A stretch of DNA of 64,000 bases from Candidatus Euphemobacter frigidus (GCA_030765805.1 JAVCDH010000091.1:19047-83046); one strand, 5' to 3'; shown: positions 17,438 to 27,060, counted from the stretch's first letter. A program made the numbers and translations. The notes: generated by a model from the letters alone, not told the origin.

Positions 17438-18409
17438 ATGGCGCAGTTAATTTCAATCCGACAGTTAAATCCGGACCGGGTCCCGGTCACCATCAAGGCG
17501 CGGGTTATCTCGCTCCGTCCGTCCCCCCGCGAACTGGTTGCCCGGGAAGGAAGGCTGGAAGATGAGACAGGGATTATTCAGTTCACGCTCTGGACCTCCT
17601 CCGGCATTAAAGATCTGGAGAAAGGCCAGCAGTATATCTTTCATCGGGCGGGATTGGGTAAGCTGGAGGGGGAGCTCAGGATTCAACTGGAGGAGAGCAG
17701 CTGGGCGTATCCGGTAAATGAAGAGACCGATACCTACCGGATCATGATCAAGATTGCCCAGCAGGAGCAGGCGGAGAGGAGAAGGCTGATGAAGGGGGCC
17801 AAGATAACCAGGGCCGACTGGAGCCGTCCGAAAAGAACTAAATTCAGCATCGCCATCGCCGCGGGGTTCGTTATCTGGGGTCTGGTTATGGTCCTGGTCT
17901 TTACGGACTTGATCACCGAGGAAAAGATACGGCACTTCTTCCAGGGCCGGAGGGCTTCTCGCCGGGCGGAGACCGCCCGGAAGGCCGCCACCGTCTCCCG
18001 GGAGGGTGAGGTGAAGGAAGTCCTGGAAGGCGGGATAATTACGGTGAAGGTGGGGGAGGAGCTGTGGACGATCCACTACCTGGGCTTGGATGTTCCCCGG
18101 TTACCGTCCCGGAAGGGAGGCCCGATCGATCCACTGGCGTTGCAGGCCCTGAACTTCAACAAGTTTTTGGCCCGGAATAAGACAGTCCGCCTGGAGTTTG
18201 AAGAGTGGCTACCCCCGGAAGACGGCGAGGCCCGGGCCTATGTCTTTGACGGGGAGAAGATGCTGAATATCGCCTTGCTCGAGCGGGGGCTGGCTCGCCT
18301 CCGGAAAGAAGCCGGCGAGCTGTCCTACTCTGAACGTCTCTCCCGGGCCGAGGAGTCGGCCCGGTCTGCCCGGAAGGGGATCTGGCGAAAGAGCGCTTTG
18401 GCGAAATAG
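17438..18409 (+). CDS. OB-fold / TM / staphylococcal-nuclease (SNase, thermonuclease)-like domain protein
   Basis: N-terminal OB-like segment, one TM helix (FSIAIAAGFVIWGLVMVLVF), C-terminal SNase-like region (GGIITVKVGEELWTIHYLGLDVPRLPS ... ARAYVFDGEKMLNIALLERGLARL). Confidence 0.6.
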   Translation: MAQLISIRQLNPDRVPVTIKARVISLRPSPRELVAREGRLEDETGIIQFTLWTSSGIKDLEKGQQYIFHRAGLGKLEGELRIQLEESSWAYPVNEETDTYRIMIKIAQQEQAERRRLMKGAKITRADWSRPKRTKFSIAIAAGFVIWGLVMVLVFTDLITEEKIRHFFQGRRASRRAETARKAATVSREGEVKEVLEGGIITVKVGEELWTIHYLGLDVPRLPSRKGGPIDPLALQALNFNKFLARNKTVRLEFEEWLPPEDGEARAYVFDGEKMLNIALLERGLARLRKEAGELSYSERLSRAEESARSARKGIWRKSALAK

Positions 18410-18468
18410 GTTGAGGGACTTGCCGCTTCTGAATCTTGGTAAGCTTTAAGTGAACTCATATCTGCGGT

Positions 18469-18933
18469 TCAAATAATGGGCCGGGGTGGCAGAGAGAGAA
18501 GTTCATCAAGAATCCGGAGGGCGCTCTCTGCGTTGGATGCCGGGCGCATCCCCCGAATATCCCAGGTCTGGATGCCGATCACCGGTTTGCCGAAATTGAG
18601 AGCGTACGCGATCTCGGTCAGCGTCCCGTGACTGCCGTCAATGGCAATGACGGCTTCTCCCGCCAGCGCTACGATCGCATTCCGGGCCAGGCCGATCCCG
18701 GTGGGGATGGGGATATCCACGTGAGCATTGGCCGCCTCCGCCCTGCTTCCCGGGAGGATGCCCACGGTACAGCCCCCGGCGGTCTTGGCGCCACGGCAGA
18801 CCGCCTCCATAACCCCACCCAGTCCACCGCAGACCACCGTCAGCCCGCGCCGGGCCAGACCGCGGCCGAGTTCCTCGGCCTCCCGCAGCATCTCACGCGA
18901 GGCTCGGTTGCCGCCGATTACGCTGATCAGCAT
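18469..18933 (-). CDS. TIGR00725/LOG-family Rossmann-fold protein (possible lysine-decarboxylase-like / cytokinin-riboside-phosphate hydrolase family)
   Basis: ATG at 18931-18933 (MLISVIGG...). Motifs GLTVVCGGLGGVMEAVCRGA and IAIDGSHGTLTEIAYA. The tool ORF extends upstream through non-conserved sequence. Confidence 0.7.
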   Translation of the reverse strand: MLISVIGGNRASREMLREAEELGRGLARRGLTVVCGGLGGVMEAVCRGAKTAGGCTVGILPGSRAEAANAHVDIPIPTGIGLARNAIVALAGEAVIAIDGSHGTLTEIAYALNFGKPVIGIQTWDIRGMRPASNAESALRILDELLSLPPRPII

Positions 18934-18935
18934 CT

Positions 18936-19739
18936 TTAATCGTTGTCGGACTCGATGGTTGAGGTGATAACTTCCAGCCGCTCGGTCTTGATCTTCTCTT
19001 CCCGGGAACCATCGGTGGTGGGGATGTTTATGATCGAAGTCCCATCCGGGTTGGTCTCCTTGACCACGCCCACCCGGATTTTGCTGCCGGTCTTCCACCG
19101 GACCAGGTCACCTACTTTAATCTCACTCATCTCTTCTTTCTCCTTTTTTCTCTCCCTCTGCGGGGTGAGTTTTTTTGATGATTTAAATGACTGCCCGATA
19201 TTGAATGAATAGATTATATCGCCCTCGCTCTGAATCCGACGTCCGAACTCCAGGCGAACCTCGTCGTTAGGCCGAACAAACGCCGCTATCATCTGTCCGG
19301 CCGGTTGGTAAACTATCGCCTCCTCTTCGCCCTCTGAATTCAGGATAATGGTTGGGGAGAGATTATTCTTCCGGATCTCCCCCAGGGTTTCGTTTGTCGG
19401 CTCGATCCCCCGCTCTCCATCAGGGGAGTTGAGAAGGATGACGTTAAAGGGGTTCGAGGAAGAATGATATCCCATGCTCTTCTCCCTCTTCAAAAACTGA
19501 AAGTTTCCGTCATTCTTCTCTCCCCGGTCACGGTTGAATACCGCGACCATGATCACATCAGCCTGCCGGTTTCTGACCGCCCCGAAGGTATAATAGCCGG
19601 GAGCGATCAGGTGATCGTTTTGGGCCAGGTATTTTTGTGCTTCATCTCCTCTCAGCAGTGCGGTGGAGCGAGCACAGGCGCAAGTAATGATCGCCGGGAT
19701 GATTATAAGACAGAACTTACTGAATATGATTCTAATCAT
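18936..19739 (-). CDS. lipoprotein with C-terminal DUF2945-like (Tudor-like) small domain
   Basis: Lipobox-like IITCAC after a hydrophobic signal. C-terminal KVGDLVRWKTGSKIRVGVVKE resembles the DUF2945 / hypervirulence-associated Tudor motif. Start ATG at 19739 (MIRIIF) preferred over the GTG at 19778. Confidence 0.4.
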   Translation of the reverse strand: MIRIIFSKFCLIIIPAIITCACARSTALLRGDEAQKYLAQNDHLIAPGYYTFGAVRNRQADVIMVAVFNRDRGEKNDGNFQFLKREKSMGYHSSSNPFNVILLNSPDGERGIEPTNETLGEIRKNNLSPTIILNSEGEEEAIVYQPAGQMIAAFVRPNDEVRLEFGRRIQSEGDIIYSFNIGQSFKSSKKLTPQRERKKEKEEMSEIKVGDLVRWKTGSKIRVGVVKETNPDGTSIINIPTTDGSREEKIKTERLEVITSTIESDND

Positions 19740-19796
19740 ATTTAATTTTTTCCCGGTATTTTCTTCGACTGACCACACTGAATGACGGAGAACCGC

Positions 19797-20786
19797 TTAC
19801 TTAAGCCAGCTCATCATCGACCGTAGCTTTTCTCCCACCTGTTCGATCAGGTGATTCTTCTGGCTCCGGGCCAGAGCGTTGAAGACCGGGCGACCGGCCC
19901 GGTTCTCTAAAATCCACTCCCGGGCGAACTCACCGGACTGGATCTCGGCCAGCATCTTCTTCATCTCCTTTCGGGTCTCTTCATTGATGATCCGTTTTCC
20001 GCGGGTGAGGTCGCCATACTCCGCGGTATTACTGATCGAGTACCGCATGCCCGCAATCCCATTCTTGTTCATCAGGTCGGTGATCAGTTTGAGTTCATGA
20101 AGACACTCGAAATAAGCGATCTCCGGCTGATAACCGGCCTCAACCAGGGTCTCAAACCCGGCCCGGACCAGTTCGGTCAGACCTCCACAGAGTACCGCCT
20201 GCTCGCCGAAGAGATCGGTCTCGGTCTCTTCGGCGAAGGTGGTCTCGATGACACCGGCGCGGGTTCCGCCGATTCCCCGAGCGTGGGCCAGAGCCAGGTC
20301 TTTAGTTCGGCCGCTGATGTCTTGATAGATCGCGATCAAGCACGGAACTCCGCTTCCTTCAACAAATGTCTCCCTTACCAAGTGGCCCGGTCCCTTGGGG
20401 GCGACCATGTAAACATCTACTTCCGGGGGGGGGACGATCTGCCCGAAGTGGATGTTAAAGCCGTGTGAGAAGGCCAGGGCTTTCCCTTTTTTCATCTCCG
20501 GGGCGATGCAGGAACGGTAGATAGCGGCCTGGACCTCATCCGGGACCAGCATATGGATGATATCGGCTTCTTTAGCCGCATCTTCGGCCAGCCGGGGTTC
20601 AAACCCGTTCTTTACGGCCAGATCGTAATTCTCAGTCCCCGGCAGTTCGGAGACGATAACGTCAACGCCGCTGTCCCGCAGATTCTGGGCCTGGGCGTGC
20701 CCCTGACTCCCGTAACCGATGACCGCGATCTTCTTTCCTTTGAAGATCTCCAGGTCTGCGTCCTTATCATAATACATCTTAACCAT
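19797..20786 (-). CDS. ilvC: ketol-acid reductoisomerase
   Basis: [43 protein letters not shown], and C-terminal knotted-domain motifs ([19 protein letters not shown]). Confidence 0.95.
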   Translation of the reverse strand: MVKMYYDKDADLEIFKGKKIAVIGYGSQGHAQAQNLRDSGVDVIVSELPGTENYDLAVKNGFEPRLAEDAAKEADIIHMLVPDEVQAAIYRSCIAPEMKKGKALAFSHGFNIHFGQIVPPPEVDVYMVAPKGPGHLVRETFVEGSGVPCLIAIYQDISGRTKDLALAHARGIGGTRAGVIETTFAEETETDLFGEQAVLCGGLTELVRAGFETLVEAGYQPEIAYFECLHELKLITDLMNKNGIAGMRYSISNTAEYGDLTRGKRIINEETRKEMKKMLAEIQSGEFAREWILENRAGRPVFNALARSQKNHLIEQVGEKLRSMMSWLK

Positions 20787-20954
20787 TTTGCTGCCTCCTT
20801 CTTAACATTTTTGCTTTTCCGATTGTATTGGCGCGGAAAGCAAAATCTTTTCATTGTGCGCCAAAGGCGGAACTCCTCAGGCTGAAAATTCTGGAGCAGG
20901 AAGTTATCAAAGGTATAACGATCAGGCAAGGAAGAAGTGTTAAACCCGTTACAA

Positions 20955-21461
20955 TTAAAATTCAATCCCCTTTCGAGCCTGTATTCCTTCCTGATAGGGA
21001 TGTTTAACCTCTCTGATCTCGCTGACATAATCGGCCAAAGAACTGATCTCGGGAGGACAGCCTCTTCCGGTCAGGACCAGCTCGATCTCTGTTGGGCAGA
21101 TCGCGATCAGATCCCGGACCCGGTCGATACTGAGCAGATTCATGTCGAGCGCGACATTGATCTCGTCCAGGATAATCAGATCGGCGGCTTTTTCGTGGAT
21201 TGCCTCCTCCGCCCAGGAAAGACCTTCTTCGGCCCTCTTTCGATCGCTTGCTTTAGCGGTCTCCCGGGTTATGAACTCGTGGGAACCGAATTGCCGCAAT
21301 TGGCAGTTCTCAAAACGGGCTAAAGCGACCAATTCCCCGGAAGGGCTCTGTTTTAGAAACTGGATCAGGCGAACTCGCTTTCCCCATCCCAGGACCCGGA
21401 GAGCGAGACCGATGGCTGCTGTGGTCTTTCCTTTTCCGTTACCGGTGTAAATATGAATCAT
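20955..21461 (-). CDS. cobO: cob(I)yrinic acid a,c-diamide (corrinoid) adenosyltransferase, CobO/BtuR family
   Basis: MIHIYTGNGKGKTTAAIGLALRVLGWGKRVRLIQFLK ... LIILDEINVALDMNLL ... LVLTGRGCPPEI. Confidence 0.85.
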   Translation of the reverse strand: MIHIYTGNGKGKTTAAIGLALRVLGWGKRVRLIQFLKQSPSGELVALARFENCQLRQFGSHEFITRETAKASDRKRAEEGLSWAEEAIHEKAADLIILDEINVALDMNLLSIDRVRDLIAICPTEIELVLTGRGCPPEISSLADYVSEIREVKHPYQEGIQARKGIEF

Positions 21462-21467
21462 ATAAAT

Positions 21468-21570
21468 TAGCTCCGCCCCTGGCGGGGCAAATTTGGGTAA
21501 TAGGGATTAGGTAATAGGGATTGGTTTACCTAATTCCTATAAAATGTTGCCTATTCAATAGTTTTATTTA
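21468..21570. repeat. ~100-nt dispersed element, copy A (GC hairpin + GGGATTAGG/GGGAATAGG short repeats + conserved tail)
   Basis: aattagctccg cccctggcgggg caaatttggg taatagggattagg taatagggattgg tttacctaattcctataaa atgttgcctattcaatagtttt. About 85% identical to the reverse complement of 37921-38020. Confidence 0.8.
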
Positions 21571-21609
21571 AATTCCGATACAGGAACTTAGCTCCCTCCT
21601 GTCGCAAAT

Positions 21610-22164
21610 TTATATTCTGTATTTTTCCACGCCTTCCCGGTAAAGATCACGACCCCGGCAGTCGATTGCCACGATCACCGGGAAGTCTTCCACTTCCAGT
21701 CGGAGGACCGCTTCCGGACCCAGATCTTCATAAGCGCCTATCTCCGCTTTTTTTATCTGTCGGGAAAGAAGAACCGCGGTCCCACCGGTTGCGGCAAAGT
21801 AAACGGCACTGTACTTCTCTATTGCCTTAATAATAGACTTTCCCCGGGGGCCTTTCCCGATCATTCCTTTCAAGCCGGCCTGGAGCAGCGGAACTGTATA
21901 AGGGTCCATCCGATATGAAGTGGTCGGTCCGGCCGGCCCGATCACCTCCCCCGGCCGGGCCGGAGCGGGCCCGGTATAGTAAATAATCTGACCCCGGAGA
22001 TCGATTGGCAGTTCTCTCCTGGCTTGAAGAAGATTCATGAAGCGCTTGTGGGCCGCATCTCGGGCGGCGTAGATTGTACCCTGGAGCAAGACTGAGTCCC
22101 CGATTCGCAGTGAGGCAATGTCGGATTCAGAGAGCGGCGTTGAGATGATAATGGGAGCGGACAT
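21610..22164 (-). CDS. class I (Fe-S) fumarate hydratase beta subunit / L(+)-tartrate dehydratase beta-like
   Basis: 184 aa, GTIYAARDAAHKRF...IYYTGPAPARPGEVIGPAGPTTSYRMDPY...GMIGKGPRG, typical FumB C-terminal catalytic domain. Confidence 0.85.
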   Translation of the reverse strand: MSAPIIISTPLSESDIASLRIGDSVLLQGTIYAARDAAHKRFMNLLQARRELPIDLRGQIIYYTGPAPARPGEVIGPAGPTTSYRMDPYTVPLLQAGLKGMIGKGPRGKSIIKAIEKYSAVYFAATGGTAVLLSRQIKKAEIGAYEDLGPEAVLRLEVEDFPVIVAIDCRGRDLYREGVEKYRI

Positions 22165-22353
22165 TATTATCTGATCTATTCTTTTTCTTCGTGTTAAAGA
22201 TCAAGATCAAAGATTTAGATATCCTGAATATAGTCGTAGGGGCCGGCCGGGTCAAGATTGAAAACAAGGGTGCACTTCCGGATCTTCATGTTAAACTGGT
22301 AAATTCGGGATTTAATCACTTTAGAATATTTTAGCTCACTCTCGATAACGCCC

Positions 22354-23499
22354 ATGCCTATAATAGTATATATAGTTCTTGCACTCTACACCCTGGCTAA
22401 TATCTACCTTTATTTACGGTTTCGGCTCGTGTTTCCGAAGGGCCGCGGCTATCGGGGCGCGCTCGCGGTTGTCTTCTTAATCCTCTATTTCAGTTACCTG
22501 GGGGCAGAACTCAGCAAACCCATTCTCACCCCCGGACTGGTAGCGGCACTCCACTGGACCGGCTCGTGGTGGATCGGCTTTTTATTCTATACGACGATTA
22601 TCCTGCTCCTGATCGATCTGGTCCGGCTGGCGGCCCGTCTTCTTCATCTCTTTCCTGCCGGTCGCCACCATCTACCCCGATCAATCCGTCGGTATGGGCC
22701 GGTGATAGTGGCGGTAGGGGTAATCATCCTGCTATGGGCCGGCTACTTGAATGCCCGGGATCTCCAGGTGACGACGCTGCGTCTGCGGTTAAGACAATCC
22801 TGCGGAAACATGAAAAGATTGAACCTGGTATTCCTCTCCGATCTTCACCTGGGGGTGACGGTGAACAGTGCGTTTTTAAAGCGAGCCATCTTTCAAGTAA
22901 ACAGTCTGAAACCCGATCTGGTACTGCTGGTCGGTGATATCGTGGATATGGATATCCGGGAGATAGATGAGATGGGGTGCGGGAGGTTACTTTCCCGGAT
23001 CCGGGCTCCCCTCGGAGTCTATGCGGTCACCGGCAATCATGAGTATATTACCGGGGAGGAGGAGTCGGTGTCTTATCTTTCGGGAGTCGGCATTACTTTT
23101 CTTCGGGACCGGGTAATCAAGATAAACAATAGTTTCTATTTGGCCGGGAGGGAGGACCTCAGTAGCATTCGAAGAGGCGGGGAAAAGAGAAGTCTCCGTT
23201 CTGTTTTGCGCGGGTTGGATCCCGGCTGTCCCATAATTCTAATGGACCATCGGCCGGCCCGGATCGATGAAGCGGTGGAGGAAGGGGTCGATCTCCTCCT
23301 CTGCGGCCACACGCATCACGGCCAGCTCTTCCCACTCAATCTGCTCACAGGCATCTTTTACCCGGTGAGTTGGGGATATGTACGCCAGGGAGAGACCCAG
23401 GTCTATGTCTCCAGCGGCGCGGGGACCTGGGGCCCCCCCGTCCGGATCGGCAATATTCCGGAGATCGTGGAGATAAAAATCGAATTTGGAGGAACTTAA
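22354..23499 (+). CDS. membrane-anchored metallophosphoesterase (calcineurin-like)
   Basis: Four N-terminal TM helices, then phosphoesterase motifs LVFLSDLHLG, VLLVGDIVDMD, VTGNHE, CGHTHHGQ. Confidence 0.8.
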   Translation: MPIIVYIVLALYTLANIYLYLRFRLVFPKGRGYRGALAVVFLILYFSYLGAELSKPILTPGLVAALHWTGSWWIGFLFYTTIILLLIDLVRLAARLLHLFPAGRHHLPRSIRRYGPVIVAVGVIILLWAGYLNARDLQVTTLRLRLRQSCGNMKRLNLVFLSDLHLGVTVNSAFLKRAIFQVNSLKPDLVLLVGDIVDMDIREIDEMGCGRLLSRIRAPLGVYAVTGNHEYITGEEESVSYLSGVGITFLRDRVIKINNSFYLAGREDLSSIRRGGEKRSLRSVLRGLDPGCPIILMDHRPARIDEAVEEGVDLLLCGHTHHGQLFPLNLLTGIFYPVSWGYVRQGETQVYVSSGAGTWGPPVRIGNIPEIVEIKIEFGGT

Positions 23500-23525
23500 C
23501 TTCGGGAGTTTTACACCGTGGCAAC

Positions 23526-23909
23526 TTAGCGGTAATGGCCCGGGATCCATCTTCCCTTGGGGCTGTAATGACCGGGGGCCCACTTCCCCTTTCCGTGGGG
23601 GGCCCAGCGTCCGGTGTGCCATTTCCCGTCCCTCCAGTTTCCTTTAACCCAGATCTTGCCCACTGGAGTGGATCCGACCGGATTCCAGTACCCCGGAACC
23701 CACAAGGCCCCGTCCAGCCGCCCGGCGACCCAGACGAAACCGGGTTTTCTGGCCGGGCGCCAATGTCCCGGAATGACCGTAGCGTTGGCCAGTGTGTGTT
23801 CCGGCACCCAGACCCGGTCCGCCGCATCGGCACTGCCAGGCCCGTAGAAGAGAGCCGCCGCGGCGCAGACCGTCACCGCGGCGATCATGCAGATAAATGT
23901 CGTTTTCAT
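23526..23909 (-). CDS. small secreted protein with Trp/Gly/His-rich YxWxPGHW-type repeats
   Basis: SD ggaagg, signal peptide, repeats WVPEH / VIPGHWRP / FVWVAGR / LWVPGYWNP / IWVKGNWRDGKWHTGRWAPHGKGKWAPGHY / RWIPGHY. Resembles YXWGXW-repeat proteins. Confidence 0.5.
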   Translation of the reverse strand: MKTTFICMIAAVTVCAAAALFYGPGSADAADRVWVPEHTLANATVIPGHWRPARKPGFVWVAGRLDGALWVPGYWNPVGSTPVGKIWVKGNWRDGKWHTGRWAPHGKGKWAPGHYSPKGRWIPGHYR

Positions 23910-24259
23910 TTTCGTCTTCCTTCCCTATAATTTAAGTCCGCCCGTTTTACGGGCAGTTAACTGACTGCTTCGGAATTTTCCCGAAATAATCGGAATCCCG
24001 ATTTCATTATCTTCTAAAATAATTAAGATATCGGGACAATAAACCGCGGATTAAATGCCAGTCCGGCAGAGCCGCCTGGTCTGACGGAGATTATTTTTTC
24101 TTTAAATCAGCATAATCCGCTAAATCCGCGGTTAAATAAGTTGCCCGAAGTGAGGGCTAAGTTCTTGTGAACAAGTTAAAGTAATCAGTAATGGCCGAAT
24201 AAAGATTGGGATATTATGTTATTATACCTGAAACGTTATAAGGAGAAAAAGGTTTAACA

Positions 24260-25351
24260 ATGAAAGATAGACGACAAGTAAGATTGGCCCGGATCCTGGT
24301 GGATTATTCAGCGGAAGTGAAGAAAGGTGATATCGTGCTGGTGGAATATTCCGACGGTACGCCGCTGGAGTTCATCCGTGAGATACAGACTGCCTGTCTG
24401 GAGCGCGGAGCGAAATATGTGAAGTTAAACTATGCGAACTCCGACCTTGCTTTTAACTTTTATCGTCGGGCTCACCCTCAGCAACTGCACTATTTCCCCG
24501 TCCATGAGCTTCAATTCATGAAGTCGGTGAACGCCTATATCGGGGTCGGGTCCCCCTGGAACAACAAGACCCTGAGCGCGATCCCCGGGGAGATCCTGAG
24601 TGCCCGTCAGCGGCTGCTTAAACCGATTCAAGCCCGGCGGGTTGACCACACCCGGTGGGTGATCACCCGGTATCCCACTCATAGCCAGGCTCAGGACGCC
24701 GGGATGAGCTTTGAGGATTTCGAAGATTTTTACTTCCGGGCCTGCAATATCGACTGGAGGAAGGAATCGAGCCGACAGCAGAAGTTAAAGCTGCTGCTGG
24801 GCAGAACCAAAACCGTCCGGCTGGTCGCTCCCGATACCGATATAACCCTCTCCATCGTCGGGATGCCTGCTATCAAGTGTGACGGCAAAAGGAACATGCC
24901 CGACGGAGAGGTCTTCACCGCTCCGCTCCTCCATTCCGCGGAGGGGCATATACGTTATAATGTTCCTTCCCTCTACCAGGGGAAGTTTTTCTCCGGCGTC
25001 TACTTTGAGTTCAAGAAGGGTAAGATTGTTGCGGCTCGCGCTGACCAGGGGGAGGAGCACCTGGAGACCCTGTTAAATACGGACCGGGGAGCCCGATTTA
25101 TCGGGGAGTTCGCCTTCGGCTTGAACAAGAAGATCCGCCGCCCGATCCTCTCCACCCTCTTCGATGAGAAGATCGCCGGCTCCATTCACCTCACCCCGGG
25201 GAAGGCATACCGGGAGTGTGATAACGGGAACAGCTCCGCCATCCACTGGGATCTGGTCCGGATCATGAAGGACGGAGAGATCTATCTGGACGGCAAGCTC
25301 GTCCAGAAGGGGGGGAAGTTTGTCCTCCCCGAACTCAAGCCGCTGAACTAA
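24260..25351 (+). CDS. aminopeptidase, M29 (AmpS/PepS thermophilic metalloprotease) family
   Basis: SD aaggag. LARILVDYSAEVKKGDIVLVEY...AYIGVGSPWNNKTLSAIPGE...GEFAFGLN...IHWDLV, typical M29 organisation. Confidence 0.8.
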   Translation: MKDRRQVRLARILVDYSAEVKKGDIVLVEYSDGTPLEFIREIQTACLERGAKYVKLNYANSDLAFNFYRRAHPQQLHYFPVHELQFMKSVNAYIGVGSPWNNKTLSAIPGEILSARQRLLKPIQARRVDHTRWVITRYPTHSQAQDAGMSFEDFEDFYFRACNIDWRKESSRQQKLKLLLGRTKTVRLVAPDTDITLSIVGMPAIKCDGKRNMPDGEVFTAPLLHSAEGHIRYNVPSLYQGKFFSGVYFEFKKGKIVAARADQGEEHLETLLNTDRGARFIGEFAFGLNKKIRRPILSTLFDEKIAGSIHLTPGKAYRECDNGNSSAIHWDLVRIMKDGEIYLDGKLVQKGGKFVLPELKPLN

Positions 25352-25668
25352 CTCACCACGGCGCCCGGTGCGATCGCCCGGTCCATCACCAGGACGGAGA
25401 GTGTCTCTCCATACTGGGCAGCCAGGATCATACCCCGGCTCTCCACCCCGCGGATGGTGGCGGGCTCCAGGTTCTCCACCACCACCAGCTGCTTCCCTTC
25501 CAGTTCTTCCGGCCGGTAATATTTTTTGATTCCGGCAACCAGTGTCCGCTCTTCTCTTCCGAGATCAACCGTGAGGAGATAAAGGCGGTCCGCTTCAGGG
25601 TGAACCTCAACGCGTCTGACCGTTGCCACAACCAGATTAAGTTTTTTAAAGTCATCGATGGTAACCAT
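25348..25668 (-). CDS. csaA: tRNA-binding protein (CsaA / Myf / EMAP-like OB domain)
   Basis: 106 aa, FKKLNLVVATVRRVEVHPEADRLYLLTVDLGREERTLVAGIKKYYRPEELEGKQLVVVENLEPATIRGVESRGMIL. Confidence 0.8.
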   Translation of the reverse strand: MVTIDDFKKLNLVVATVRRVEVHPEADRLYLLTVDLGREERTLVAGIKKYYRPEELEGKQLVVVENLEPATIRGVESRGMILAAQYGETLSVLVMDRAIAPGAVVS

Positions 25669-25780
25669 GATCTTCTCCTGTTATAATATTATTACCTGTT
25701 CATTCCCGATCCGAATTTCGGGCGACGGATCGGGAGGATCCCCTTAAAAAAATACCGCCTCGGAGTATAGTTATTAAACC

Positions 25781-26569
25781 ATGAAGACGGAAGCGGGGAC
25801 AACCGATAATACCTTTCTGGAGACGGCGCTGAGTGCGGTTCGCTCCGCCGGGAGAATTGTTCGTGAAAATATTGACACCGTCTTCCGGGTGGACCATAAG
25901 GGGGCGACCGATCTGGTCACGGAGGTTGATCTGGCCGCGGAGAAGGAGATTATCGCGCAGCTTTCCCGGGCCTTTCCAGAGCACCGGATTGCGGCGGAAG
26001 AGAGCGGCAGGAAAAAAGGGGAGTCGGATTATGTCTGGTGGATTGATCCGATCGACGGCACCACCAACTTTGTCCATGGATATCCCTGTTATTCAATCTC
26101 AGTGGCCCTGGAGTGTCAATCTGAGATCATCCTGGGGATCGTCTACGATCCAACCCGGGATGAATTATTCCAGGCTGTCCGGGGAGAAGGGGCACAACTG
26201 AATGGATGCCCCATCACGGTCTCATCGGTGGAGACACTCTCCGAATCACTCCTGGCAACCGGTTTTCCTTATGACCGGGCTTTACGGGGCCGGGCCCTCT
26301 CGCTCGCGGCCCGGCTTCTTCCCCGGGTTCAAGGGATCCGGCGGGATGGTTCTGCGGCCCGGGACCTGGCCTATGTCGCGGCGGGGCGCCTGGATGGCTT
26401 TTGGGAGTTCGGATTGAAGCCATGGGATACCGCCGCCGGTCGGTTGCTGGTGGAAGAAGCGGGCGGAAGCGTGAGCGACTTTAAGGGAGAAGCGTTCGAT
26501 ATCCACCAGGGAGCGGTCGTGGCCACCAACCGCAGGATTCATGCTGAATTGGTTGCGCTATTGAACTAA
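25781..26569 (+). CDS. suhB: inositol monophosphatase family protein
   Basis: Motifs AAEESG, WWIDPIDGTTNFVHGYPCYSISVAL, WDTAAG. Confidence 0.9.
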   Translation: MKTEAGTTDNTFLETALSAVRSAGRIVRENIDTVFRVDHKGATDLVTEVDLAAEKEIIAQLSRAFPEHRIAAEESGRKKGESDYVWWIDPIDGTTNFVHGYPCYSISVALECQSEIILGIVYDPTRDELFQAVRGEGAQLNGCPITVSSVETLSESLLATGFPYDRALRGRALSLAARLLPRVQGIRRDGSAARDLAYVAAGRLDGFWEFGLKPWDTAAGRLLVEEAGGSVSDFKGEAFDIHQGAVVATNRRIHAELVALLN

Positions 26570-26632
26570 TTACGGCATTATACGTATTAATTACATGAAT
26601 TTAAAGTATGCTATGCAGGAGAAACGTGTTCC

Positions 26633-27013
26633 ATGAAAAAGAAAGTTCTCGCCTGGAAGGTTCTATTTGCCTTGATGGTTTTCTCTCCCCTGGCCCTCTT
26701 TCCCGCCCCGAGCCGGGCGGCATTGCTGACATCACGGACCTGCTGTCCCGACCGGGACAGCAAGGCGATAAGACTCCACGCCATCGACAACCTGATGACA
26801 AAGGGGATTACCCGGAGACACGCCGAAGAGATCCTAAATTTCCTATTTCCACCGGAAGTTGAGCGGGTGGCTTTATCAGCACCCGGTTGCTTCTACGCCG
26901 GGGGGAGAGAAGGGATCACCGAGTCGTTGGAGTCGAACGAGACGGTGGCGATCGTGATTACGTTGATTATGCTGGCCGTGATAATCGGGGCCGTGGAAGT
27001 GAGCCGGCATTGA
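26633..27013 (+). CDS. hypothetical secreted/membrane protein
   Basis: Signal peptide (MKKKVLAWKVLFALMVFSPLALFPAPSRA), C-terminal TM helix. No recognisable domain. Confidence 0.35.
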   Translation: MKKKVLAWKVLFALMVFSPLALFPAPSRAALLTSRTCCPDRDSKAIRLHAIDNLMTKGITRRHAEEILNFLFPPEVERVALSAPGCFYAGGREGITESLESNETVAIVITLIMLAVIIGAVEVSRH

Positions 27014-27015
27014 CA

Positions 27016-27060
27016 AGACTGTTATTACCCATTTCAGGTATTACCTGAAATGGGTAATAA
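27016..27060. terminator. bidirectional hairpin terminator between convergent genes
   Basis: Near-perfect inverted repeat ttattacccatttcaggta / tacctgaaatgggtaataa between the + gene ending at 27013 and the - gene ending at 27081. Confidence 0.6.

Noticed and set aside
18469-19098. Long 209-aa version of the LOG-family ORF with a His/Arg-rich N-terminal 55 aa.
   Set aside because: The extension overlaps the upstream lipoprotein gene and lacks conservation; the internal ATG (MLISVIGG) at 18933 immediately after the upstream stop is the better start.
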